The translations under genes were made by a program, and so were the position numbers. The notes under the pieces were generated by a model. It saw only the letters and a program-made list of their open reading frames with translations, ran no database searches and was not told the origin of the DNA. From NCBI GenBank assembly GCA_048013815.1, contig CM106586.1, forward strand, positions 10,664,001 through 10,728,000: a DNA stretch of 64,000 bases. The letters are read 5' to 3'. Positions 1 through 9,849 of this stretch are shown piece by piece; positions within the stretch are counted from its first letter, which is position 1; each line of letters starts with the position of its first letter. This stretch comes from Setoptus koraiensis (taxonomy: Eukaryota; Animalia; Arthropoda).

Positions 1-527
1 GCTGATCAGTGATCACCTTGCTGGCATACCTGTCGTGTGAAAGACCCGCTGAGAGAACGAGGGATAGTTTTACAGTTACAGTTGCATAGTTGTCTATGAA
101 CATCTGTTAGGTATTTTCAGCGTCGCACATGTCTGACAGCGGCCAATATGTTTCATGTGATGTGTATCAAATATAAACAACAATATCCATTCGATAAGTG
201 AACACAGTGATTTGCAATGGGCCCATCAAATTCTCAACTCATCCCCTGAGTGTTTATTTCAATTATTGGCCTCGCCTCGATACATCACAACAATACACAT
301 ATTACGTCATTATTAAATTATTCAACTTGTCACTCGCTATGATGGATTCAGTGGAGGGACGCGTTTTGCCACTAGACGCCTGAACAATATCAACACAGAC
401 AACATATAGCACAATTAATTTATTTTCTACGTCTGGCCAATGGTGACTCCAGCCACTAACAAGCATCAAATCTCATCGCTACAACCCACAAACATTGGAT
501 GCAGTTAGCCTGGTCGTCACATCAGAT

Positions 528-2912
528 ATGGCTATTTTACCCCCCGTCACCCTGGAGATAGTGGCCTGTTTTATATTATCCACCTCACTATTATATAAAT
601 ATGCCGATTTTGTCAATCAGAATGTCATCACTATTGTGGCTGTCTTTGTTAGCTGGTTCTTCTCATTCATGGTCATATTCTTATTGCCAGCGGACATATC
701 ATCGACCGCCTACCTCCAGTGTCTGGCAGATTACAACAACACGACAGCCACAACAACCAATTCAACCAATGCCGACGGCACAATCACAAATTTTGAGATA
801 GCATCAATTGCAACAAATTTCACTAACAATGCAAACAATAATCTATTAACAGATTTCAACATAACAGCCGAAAGGCAGAACGTGATTCAAAATCTTTCAA
901 CTATAACAGGCTCTCTCGCGCAACAAGAGCCACACGCCACAATTCCATATGTCACCGATGGCCAATCACCAGATATAATAAACAACAATACAACTCCATC
1001 TAACAATGTCACACAGGCTTGTACTGTTCCCTGGAATTATGTCTCTTTTAGGGCTTTGACAAAACTGTGGCGTTTTATCTACTGGAGCAGTCAATTTTTA
1101 ACATGGATTATACTGCCACTGATGCAATCATATTCTATGGCCGGCGATTTCACATCTTGGGACAAATTTAAATCGGCGCTCAAGGCGAATCTCATCTATT
1201 ACTCATCTTACGGAGCCATATTCTTAATATTGCTCGTATACGTTGTATTTAAGAATGGTCTCGACTTTGATAGCCTTAGAGTGATCATAATAACTTCATC
1301 TAATACATGGGGTCTATTCCTGCTAGTGATTCTTCTTGGTTATGGACTGGTCGAGCTGCCTCGTTATCTCATCAGGCGGAGTAGATGCGCCAACTCATTG
1401 AATCAACTGTACTATCAAGTCGCCAGATTAAATGCGGAAAAATGTGAAGCAGAAGAGAAGCTGGATGATTCTTTGGAGGAGATACAACAGGCATTCACAT
1501 TGCTCAACGATTCAGAGAATCATACTCTGCGAAGATGCTTAGATTTAATCGTTGACAAGTGTCCCCCGGATTGGAAGCGCCGATCTATAGCATTTAGACG
1601 CCAAAATGCGGCCACAAACAGTTCTACTCATATCAATATAAACGAGGAACTCAATTTAGATAAAATGATAAGATTGCATCGTAAAGTGATAAAGAGTGTA
1701 CACTTTTATCGCCAAACAAACTGCCGTTGGACGCAACTAACCAGAGAAGTAGTTGAATGGGAAGATGTCGCTCGTTGTCAGGCAATCGATTCATCGCATG
1801 GCAGGGTGTTTCAATCTTCCATTCCCAGGAGAACAAATCAATCCATTTACGATGCCATCAAATACTCCATTTTTACATCCAAAGTCGAATGGTATTGGAA
1901 ATGCTCATTTAGAGCTTGGCTACTGAGAGGAATGGGTTTTGCTATGGCGGCATTATCGTTGGCGGTTGTTTGGTCCGAGTTGACATTCTCAATACATCAG
2001 CCTGTATTGAGTATATTCGCCAGCGTTGTGGACTCAGCCCAAAATAATCAAAACTATTTTTTGATGGAAATGTTCTCGATAATATCAATTGGCTACCTGG
2101 CTATTTGTGCGTTTTATACAGTATTCAAAATGCGCATATTCAATATCTATTATTTGGCCACCAATCATCAGACGAACGAATATAGCTTATTGTTTAGTGG
2201 CATGTTGCTTTGTCGTCTGACATCGCCTCTTTGCCTAAACTACTTGTGTTTGGTACAGAGAGATTCGCATATCATCAAGCAACGAAACGATGTTGGTACA
2301 GCATTTACTTCGATTATGGGCCATTTAGATTTGATTCCTATTGTTAGTAACGGCCTAAATATATTTCTACCCTTGTGTATCTGTGCCATTTGTTTGGCTT
2401 TATATTTCAATCTGGGCACCCATCTATTGCACAATCTTGGATTTGAGCGTTTCATAGAGGGAGAGGAGATGACCGAAGATTGGATACAAAACGGTAGAGA
2501 ACTTGTCAAGAGGGAACGAGGTAAGTTACTGCGAAGCCTCGAGGCCGGAAATGCAAACAATAACATGAATAATGGGACAAAAGATTCAGGCACATCTCCG
2601 CCGGCAGATGGAAAATATACAGAATACCTTGGCACATTGCGTAAAGATGGTTCCTCTAGAGACAGTCTCACTTCTACATCATCTGGCTTCTCGAGGTCCT
2701 CATTGATACCTAAAACTGCCACCGATAGCCTGACTGATAATGTCACGAATATTTACTCAACTGGAGGGCCGCGTGTTGGTACCGCAATCAGAGACCACGA
2801 TGATCCACTATCCTCTCCAACATCGGCTTTCCCTGCAGCTTCGCCCACTGATTTCAACGACCATCATTCACATACCAACCCAAATCCAAAGAGCTTCTTC
2901 GAAGACTTTTAG
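528..2912 (+). CDS. LMBRD2: LMBR1 domain-containing protein 2 (multi-pass membrane protein), intronless
   Basis: ORF track 495..2912 starts at TTG; first ATG is at 528. Motifs LEIV..F.L...LL.KYADF, LP.DIS.T.Y..C, PW.Y...LWR.IYW.SQFLTWIILP.MQSY and LLFSGMLLCRLT.PLCLN.L match the LMBRD2 family. Confidence 0.92.
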   Translation: MAILPPVTLEIVACFILSTSLLYKYADFVNQNVITIVAVFVSWFFSFMVIFLLPADISSTAYLQCLADYNNTTATTTNSTNADGTITNFEIASIATNFTNNANNNLLTDFNITAERQNVIQNLSTITGSLAQQEPHATIPYVTDGQSPDIINNNTTPSNNVTQACTVPWNYVSFRALTKLWRFIYWSSQFLTWIILPLMQSYSMAGDFTSWDKFKSALKANLIYYSSYGAIFLILLVYVVFKNGLDFDSLRVIIITSSNTWGLFLLVILLGYGLVELPRYLIRRSRCANSLNQLYYQVARLNAEKCEAEEKLDDSLEEIQQAFTLLNDSENHTLRRCLDLIVDKCPPDWKRRSIAFRRQNAATNSSTHININEELNLDKMIRLHRKVIKSVHFYRQTNCRWTQLTREVVEWEDVARCQAIDSSHGRVFQSSIPRRTNQSIYDAIKYSIFTSKVEWYWKCSFRAWLLRGMGFAMAALSLAVVWSELTFSIHQPVLSIFASVVDSAQNNQNYFLMEMFSIISIGYLAICAFYTVFKMRIFNIYYLATNHQTNEYSLLFSGMLLCRLTSPLCLNYLCLVQRDSHIIKQRNDVGTAFTSIMGHLDLIPIVSNGLNIFLPLCICAICLALYFNLGTHLLHNLGFERFIEGEEMTEDWIQNGRELVKRERGKLLRSLEAGNANNNMNNGTKDSGTSPPADGKYTEYLGTLRKDGSSRDSLTSTSSGFSRSSLIPKTATDSLTDNVTNIYSTGGPRVGTAIRDHDDPLSSPTSAFPAASPTDFNDHHSHTNPNPKSFFEDF

Positions 2913-3323
2913 ATATCTCCCCACAATTTTAAGAATAGTATCAAAACTAAGAGAATAAATAACTGCTAGTCATAAGTATAAAATTGTCTATTGGCGTCAC
3001 AATTCATAATTGGTTTGATTGTGTAGGACAACTATTCACTTGCTTGATTATATTGTCTACTTATAAGGTTACTTACTGTACTTCATCTGTATCATGCTCA
3101 CACAGAAAGAGATTATCTGTTGGAATGGAATAGCGAAAATCGAGTCATTTGATAAAATAATTTAATAGTTTTTTTTTGTACATTTGCAAATAGACATAAT
3201 TTAGGTGTTGAGATGACCTCGGAAAGGTTACTCTGGAAGTGAGATAACATTTATATCACATCAGACGATTGGAACAAGTAGTTTTCGCAATGCGAGTTTT
3301 CATCTCTTTCATTATTTTCAACT

Positions 3324-6300
3324 TTAGAGCTCATTGTTTCTCATGATAGATGATGCCCAATTGTTTTGAGGCTCTTTCTTCACATTCACCTCTACATCTA
3401 GTTCATCTGGTGCAACACTGTCAGTAGAAACTGTGTCACTCAAGAGTTCTTCTTTGAAATAATTTGTATCAGATCCGTATCTGAAAAATCTTGCAGTATT
3501 CTCTCGAATCGTTTCAGTTTCTCGTGAGTCTGCTCCAAATTGTTGATTACTAGAATCGGTTGCTGGATGAGGATGAATCATAGGTTGCTGTGATTCAGTA
3601 TAAGTTTTTGCTGAGTAGGTTGGGTAACTAGAAGTATCAGCTTGTTGTTTATTGGTTGTGGTGGTTACTGTGTGAGTTTGTGTAGCTGAAGTGACAGGAT
3701 GAGGTGGATTCATAGTAGTAGATGAAATTGAGGTTTGGGAAATAGAAGTTAAAGTTTGTGGTGGATTTGTAGCGGACGGCCCAGTGGCAGTTTGATCACC
3801 TGAAGTAACAGAGTGTCCAGAACTAGTAGCAGTATTCGTTGTAGGATTTTGGGTTTGTGGTGGATTGGGTTGGGCTATTGCAGAGAGAGTTTGGAAACTA
3901 GAAGGACTAGGTTGCGGTGGACTGGTAGAAGTGGATGTAGTGGGGTTTTGGTCGCTCTGTTGTGGAGGACGGGATGTGGTGGCTGCAGATTGAGTCCGCA
4001 TACTTGAAGTAACAGTTTGACCAGGATCTTTAGTAGTGGTTAATGGTCGGGTTTGAGCACCAGAATCAATGGGTTGTGATGTGTTGGTTGTGGTGGTTAC
4101 TGTGTGGGTGGGGCTACCAGATGTTGCATGTTGTGGTAAATCAAAAGCGGAAGTTTTGGTATCCAAAGTAGTAGGTTGAGGTGAACTGGCAGTAGTAGAC
4201 GCAGTCTCGGTGCTATAAGAGATAGATTGCGATGTACTTGCTGCGATCTTCGCCGTTGGGGTTTTCGCACTAGGAGATACAATTTTTTCTGAAGCAGTAG
4301 TTGATAGTTTCGAGGTGTTCGAAGTATCAGGTTGAGGTGAACTGGTGGTATTAGATGCATTCTCAGTGTTGGAAGCGCTAGGTTGCGATGTACTTGCTGT
4401 GATATTTGCTGTTGGGGTTTTCGAACTAGAAGTTACAATTTGTTCTGAATTAGCAGTAGTTGATAGTTTCGAGGTATTCGAAGTATCAGGTTGAGGTGAA
4501 CTGGTGGTATTAGATGCATTCTCAGTGTTGGAAGCGCTAGGTTGCGATGTACTTGCTGCGATCCTTGCCGTCGGGGTTTTCGCACTAGAAGTTACAATTT
4601 GTTCTGAATTAGCAGTAGTTGATAGTTTCGAGGTATTCGAAGTATCAGGCTGAGGTGAACTGGTGGTACTAGATGCATTCTCAGTGTTGGAAGCGCTAGG
4701 TTGCGATGGACTCGCTGCGATATTTGCTGATGGGATTTTCTTACTAGAAGGTTCGGGTTGTCCTGAATTAGTAGTAGTTGTTGTTGATTGTTTTGAGGTA
4801 TCTGAAGTAACAGGTTTAGGTGAACTGGTGGTACTAGATGCATTCTCAGTGTTAGGAGAGATAGGTTGCGATGGACTTGCTGCGACATTTGCTGTTGGGG
4901 TTTTCTTACTAGAAGGTTCGGGTTGTCCTGAATTAGTAGTAGTTGTCGTTGATTGTTTCGAGGTATCTGAAGTAACAGGTTGTGACGATATGGTGGTGGT
5001 GGTTTCAGTTTGTATACTGAAAGTGATAGATTGTGGCTTCTTGTTCAACAATGTGGATTCGTGGATAATAGGTTTAGGCTCATCTAGCTCTGTTTCTTTA
5101 CTTAAATTCAAGTCGAGTTCTTCCTTAATAAACTTTATGTTAGATCCTTTTTTATTTGTTGTCCTGCCAAGCTCATTGACTGAGAGTTCCTCCTCGGAAA
5201 TTGTGCTCTGATTCGATTGTTCAATTGAATCATGAGCTTGATGCTTTTTTCTCTGTTTTTCAAAAAAACGATTTCTTCTTGCTTCAACTTTTTTGGTTAT
5301 TTTGCTTACCAAACTGAGAACTTTGTCTGTATCAAAATTATAGCGCTTAACATTTCTATGGATGGTTTTCTCAGGATTCAAAACGTTCAATTTGGTCGCA
5401 AAGTATTTTATTCCAGTGAGCGTAGATAAATCTTTGTAAAAGTTGGAATTTTTGTTATGTAATTCAAGTACGGCAGCCCATTCGGGCAAATAGAGGGAAT
5501 ATCCCATTTCTGGTCCGTCAATAACGATTAATAAATCTGTATTGTAAATGCTACTCAGTTGACTACGAAAGTTGAATGCTTTGCCATTGAAATCGTCGAG
5601 TCTCTTTATGATGATACGATTGGATCTTGTTAGCTTGGTATCTAACAGGTGAATCGTTTCATCAAAATTGGTTATTATATCAGAGTTCTCGTTTCTTGAG
5701 AGTACACTAATTCTGACTGGCTGATCTTCACTAGATTCGTTGAAATCCTGTTTTATATTCAATCTGCGTGAAACGTGTTCTTTAAAACCTCGGAAGAGTC
5801 CACTTTTCCTACATCCTTTTTCGATATACTCTTGATCTATGCTATCGAAGAATTTTGGTACGAACGAGAATGTAACATCATTGAAACATATGCTCTCGGT
5901 CTTAATATAAGTTAGGAGATATGGTTCTTCAAAGAATGCAGACCAGAGATTTCTTATATTGCTTCGATACAATTCTTCGTTCCAAATAATGATGTCAATC
6001 TTCTGCCCGACAGTATCGCTCATGTGGATAGAGGCATATAAGTTAATAAAGTCATAAAAATGTTGATACATATCTGTCGTATTGCTCAATTTGATTATAA
6101 AAGTTGGATCGTTAAAAAAAATACCACAAGATCGCCTTACATCGGATAATACTTTGAAGTTGATCAACTCGTTCGACCAGGTTTGGGGTTCTTTTAACTG
6201 CCGACTATTAGATTGCAATAAATCATATTTGAGGTCACAATTCCGGCCTCCTATGTCGCCTGGCCGAAGAAAGTTGCCATTTCGCTCCAGTCGATGAGCT

Positions 6301-6929
6301 AAGTGACGTTTATTAATCATAATATTATTGGCACGACAGAATCTGAGATCTTTGGTGCACCGGAGAGTAGAACTTGGTTCGTTCAGAGAGGCCGACTTGA
6401 CGGTGCAATAATCCAGCATTTCCTTTCTGCGTTCTCGAATGAAGCCAAAATCGACAGAGTTAAACCAATTTGTTTCACTTTGAACATCTCTTGCTTGATT
6501 ATGTTGCGATGATGAATTTGTGCAGCTTGGCTGCAGATATAACTTATTGCATGTTCCTGTATCCTCCTCGTATCCCCAACAGTATTTTTTTAGTTTATTG
6601 ATATTGTTGCAAATTGAATTGAGTATTGTATTGTCTTGAACGAGATTATTTTGGTCATCCCGGTCAAACGTTAGACTGCTACCTAATCTACTGAAATATT
6701 CCAGCACGGGTTCCTCATTTTTGGGCCTAATATGATTCGATTTCGTACAAATAAATCGAAATTCTTTAATGACATGGTCAGGTTGGTTCCTAAGCCAGAA
6801 TAAATATTGGTCAGTTGGCAAGTCCGGTACTGCCGAGATCTCGTTACATGAGACTGAGAGGATGACGATGGCTGATAGTGTGAATAGACAGCACGTCGCC
6901 ATTGATAGTATTGCCGAGATGAGGTTCAT
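3324..6929 (-). CDS. EOGT: EOGT-like (GT61) glycosyltransferase domain fused to a long Ser/Thr/Pro mucin-like tail; signal peptide; ends in KDEL-like NNEL
   Basis: 1201-aa ORF with hydrophobic N-terminus and EOGT-family blocks KYCWGYE, DFGFIRER..EM..C, LRC...LRFCRA.NI, MYQHFYDFINLY, GC.KSGLFR.F..HV..RLNI, NTD....LYLPEWAAVLEL. Confidence 0.85.
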   Translation of the reverse strand: MNLISAILSMATCCLFTLSAIVILSVSCNEISAVPDLPTDQYLFWLRNQPDHVIKEFRFICTKSNHIRPKNEEPVLEYFSRLGSSLTFDRDDQNNLVQDNTILNSICNNINKLKKYCWGYEEDTGTCNKLYLQPSCTNSSSQHNQARDVQSETNWFNSVDFGFIRERRKEMLDYCTVKSASLNEPSSTLRCTKDLRFCRANNIMINKRHLAHRLERNGNFLRPGDIGGRNCDLKYDLLQSNSRQLKEPQTWSNELINFKVLSDVRRSCGIFFNDPTFIIKLSNTTDMYQHFYDFINLYASIHMSDTVGQKIDIIIWNEELYRSNIRNLWSAFFEEPYLLTYIKTESICFNDVTFSFVPKFFDSIDQEYIEKGCRKSGLFRGFKEHVSRRLNIKQDFNESSEDQPVRISVLSRNENSDIITNFDETIHLLDTKLTRSNRIIIKRLDDFNGKAFNFRSQLSSIYNTDLLIVIDGPEMGYSLYLPEWAAVLELHNKNSNFYKDLSTLTGIKYFATKLNVLNPEKTIHRNVKRYNFDTDKVLSLVSKITKKVEARRNRFFEKQRKKHQAHDSIEQSNQSTISEEELSVNELGRTTNKKGSNIKFIKEELDLNLSKETELDEPKPIIHESTLLNKKPQSITFSIQTETTTTISSQPVTSDTSKQSTTTTTNSGQPEPSSKKTPTANVAASPSQPISPNTENASSTTSSPKPVTSDTSKQSTTTTTNSGQPEPSSKKIPSANIAASPSQPSASNTENASSTTSSPQPDTSNTSKLSTTANSEQIVTSSAKTPTARIAASTSQPSASNTENASNTTSSPQPDTSNTSKLSTTANSEQIVTSSSKTPTANITASTSQPSASNTENASNTTSSPQPDTSNTSKLSTTASEKIVSPSAKTPTAKIAASTSQSISYSTETASTTASSPQPTTLDTKTSAFDLPQHATSGSPTHTVTTTTNTSQPIDSGAQTRPLTTTKDPGQTVTSSMRTQSAATTSRPPQQSDQNPTTSTSTSPPQPSPSSFQTLSAIAQPNPPQTQNPTTNTATSSGHSVTSGDQTATGPSATNPPQTLTSISQTSISSTTMNPPHPVTSATQTHTVTTTTNKQQADTSSYPTYSAKTYTESQQPMIHPHPATDSSNQQFGADSRETETIRENTARFFRYGSDTNYFKEELLSDTVSTDSVAPDELDVEVNVKKEPQNNWASSIMRNNEL
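4150..4990 (-). repeat. Coding tandem repeat, ~5 units of 159-165 bp (53-55 aa) in the mucin tail
   Basis: Anchor GAAGTA(T/A)CAGG recurs at 4321, 4480, 4639, 4804 and 4969 (periods 159, 159, 165, 165); all periods are multiples of 3. Confidence 0.95.
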
Positions 6930-7832
6930 TGCGTTAAATATTGTTTTGTGTTTTCGACTTGTTGCACTTGGGGCCCGATTATTGGTCCGAAAAATGGAGA
7001 ATCCTATTACAGATGATTTCTCATATTGCCTGAGGTTACCCTCCGTAAATATAAACTAAAATAATTATGATAAATAAATGAATTATTTGATCAACCGGTA
7101 AATAATATCATGTGTTTAGACTCGCTAGTATATTTGATGTTCGATTATCGAACTTATCTATGAGTCACACGAGACATGAGGCGTTGTACATCACTCATCT
7201 AGTCATAGTGTTGTTGGTATGTATCGGCTGACAATACTGTGACACAACTAGATTGAGTCGATAAATAGTTCCGAAAAGGCGTACCAGTTGCCAACCTGTT
7301 GAAATGTTTATTTGTTGATTCAACACCCTGTAGAATGTACGCCCAGATGTAATAATAGTATAATCATCGTGAATAATATCACTTTGGAGGTATATAAACC
7401 ATCCAGAGACAACATGCTTCGTGGACAAGAGTTGACTCTGACAGCTGAATGGCGGTGCTGTTCCCATGCAGTATCATTATTTACTGCACCGCCGCACCGT
7501 CAGCGGTGCAAACAAAGACAGGCAGAGATTGCTGGAAATCGGAGATAGTGTCTCAGGCGAAATGCCTTCAGGAGATTATTATCGCTACTATTACATGAAA
7601 AAGTTTTAGTAGCGATAAAGGTTATTAGTGACCTCTGGTGTGTTGTCGCTGTTATTATTATAACCAATCTATCTGCATAGATATTTATCATGTAACATAC
7701 AAATCACATCACAACTATTACTATTGTCACAGCACTCACTGCTATACTGCTGGCAAGTTCAAAAGACAGCAAGTTTGGACAATTTCTTCTCTACGCTACC
7801 AACAAATACAAAGTTGAACACATTTATATTAG

Positions 7833-7889
7833 GTAACTTAATTGTCTACTATATACGCAATCTCAACTTCTTACATTACTACTAAATAG
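7833..7889 (+). other. Probable 5'-UTR intron of the HTH gene
   Basis: AG|GTAACT donor at 7833 and pyrimidine-rich ...AAATAG acceptor ending at 7889, two bases before the ATG at 7892. Confidence 0.55.
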
Positions 7890-7891
7890 AG

Positions 7892-8368
7892 ATGCCTCGG
7901 AATAACTCCTTAGAGGTTAGGGTTATTGAATTGTTAACAAATACAGATCTCACCTTCAAAGAGATCATACAAAAACTAGAAGATGAAGGCCACTCTGCCA
8001 CAATCGGCATCATAAGGCGCATCAACAGGGATCATCGTTACAGACAGCCCAGATATGACTCAAAACTTACATTGGAACAAAGAGAGCGTCTCATTCAGGA
8101 ACTAAAAGATTGCTCGGATGAAAAGCCAAACCTATCGCTGCTGGCCAAAAGATATGGTGTCTGTCATGGTTCTGTCTGGTACTGGTGGGATAAATTGAAT
8201 AGAATAAAGGACCCAACCAGAAATCCAAGAAAACCTCCAGTCAAACACCACGAAAGCCTCCTAAATGACCCCAATCACAACATGGTTGGTCGGGTACAAG
8301 TCATGACGAAGCGGGGCCTATCTCCTCTGCCCATACTTATGTTCACTAAAAGAATCAACGCCAACTAG
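7892..8368 (+). CDS. Small protein with two predicted helix-turn-helix units (transposase DNA-binding/psq/paired-like), no catalytic domain
   Basis: 158 aa. LTFKEIIQKLEDEGHSATIGIIRRI and LTLEQRERLI...NLSLLAKRYGVCHGSVWYW resemble HTH units of Tc1/mariner/CENP-B-type DNA-binding domains. Confidence 0.6.
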   Translation: MPRNNSLEVRVIELLTNTDLTFKEIIQKLEDEGHSATIGIIRRINRDHRYRQPRYDSKLTLEQRERLIQELKDCSDEKPNLSLLAKRYGVCHGSVWYWWDKLNRIKDPTRNPRKPPVKHHESLLNDPNHNMVGRVQVMTKRGLSPLPILMFTKRINAN

Positions 8369-8597
8369 AAAACTCAAACGGGTTCACTACTAGTATTTTT
8401 TCCTATGTACACTAATACTAAATTTGCAATCTGTAACCACCACTCTATCGTCCTAACAACGGCCTCAAGTGCCAGTATTTAATCAAATACCCCTCCAAAG
8501 ATGCCTATGACATCAGACAATACTCTACCACTTGATTGAACACTAATCAATAATATTAAAACAATACTCCGGTGATGCGAATCATCGAAAAACAATG

Positions 8598-9029
8598 TTA
8601 CACAACCATTATGTAATCTTGGGCTTTGTTTATTTCACTTGTTTCACTATGAGGTTTCAGAGATTCTATGAATTCGGCAGCCTTGAGTTGTAACTCTTTG
8701 ATGTACACCTCGCGTGGATGACTGCTAGGAATGGTACAGGTAAACGAGGCATACACCGGCATTTTAGCGTAAAATCTTTGACTGATTTGCTTGCTTAGAC
8801 TAAGCGAAATGGCTGACTCGCCGGACGGTATAATAGTTGAGCTGATACCTGCTGTTCCCATGCTGAGATCGTTGAAATTCCGCATGTCTCCCAGACATGA
8901 TGATGTATTGTCACCGTTCATAAGACATAGCATCACCGAGTTTTTCATTTGCATGAGCACCATTCGTACCTGCGTCCCACAAATCTTGTAGGTTTTCTCT
9001 GACACGGCTGCCAGCGGTTGGGTTGCCAT
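8598..9029 (-). CDS. Proteasome assembly chaperone 4-like (PSMG4/PAC4), parental copy, 143 aa
   Basis: ATG at 9029 (MATQPL). The pattern MVLMQMKNSVML...NDLSMG...ST....SLSLSKQISQRF...VYASF aligns by eye to PSMG4 (FHVMRLTDSLFLWVG...NLAVAM...STSLL...STGLAQRLARK..QVFVSYN). Confidence 0.6.
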   Translation of the reverse strand: MATQPLAAVSEKTYKICGTQVRMVLMQMKNSVMLCLMNGDNTSSCLGDMRNFNDLSMGTAGISSTIIPSGESAISLSLSKQISQRFYAKMPVYASFTCTIPSSHPREVYIKELQLKAAEFIESLKPHSETSEINKAQDYIMVV

Positions 9030-9849
9030 TCGCGTTTTGTGAGATTGCCGTATTGATTTGATCCGACGCGCGTATATCAAGTGACAGTGGTTTCGAATGA
9101 GTATGTTTGATTCAGCCACGTAAGTAGAGCCAATGGGATGGCGTGTAGGATAAATACAACTTGTTGTCTCTGAAAGGGATAGCCACACTGACACAAAAGT
9201 GTAGTCAGTCGATACACTGATAACGGGCCGTGCGCTGGAGTATTTATTGATGGATTGGCTAGACTGGTTGACGACGGGATCACCGACGAGTATTGACTTG
9301 AACCAATCAGATAAATAAACAATAATGTCGTATACGGAGAGACCTGTTTAAAATATCCTACAGTTGTGAACATCAACAAAATAAACAAACAACGGAGATA
9401 ATCCGCAGACTGCAGCGCCACTCAATCGGCGGCGCCGTTCCTGCCTGAACGCTCGTGAGAGGCGCAACACGCTTCATTTTAAACTGCAGTTTATAGGGCT
9501 TTGTGTCGCACTATTTGTGTGCGTCTTTATCGTAGCGCATTACGCACAATTCGCTAGTATTGTTCACGCTACCAACTCTAGTGCAGAAAGGGAACGGCAC
9601 GGGGGAGGAAATGGCTGCGCTTTGTGTGTGCGCTTGTTTCATCGCCGAAAAGAAAGTGACTCGTTTGTGTTGTGCAGTGTGCAACACCGCTCACGAAAGA
9701 TATATATTTAACCATATCGATTTGGTGTGATATATACTCTCCCTCTCTGATATTAATTGTATTTATATTATATTGAGTGTTTCTACCAAATATCTGTCTG
9801 GACTATCCGACAATCAATTGATTACTGTTGCCGTAAAATCAATACAAAC

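Noticed and set aside
2240-5211. Antisense ORFs 2240..2746 and 4663..5211
   Set aside because: Shadow frames of LMBRD2 and of the mucin repeat.
7340-7691. TGA read-through (selenocysteine) joining ORF 7500..7691 to the downstream frame
   Set aside because: No redox motif, no selenoprotein family resemblance and no convincing SECIS seen.
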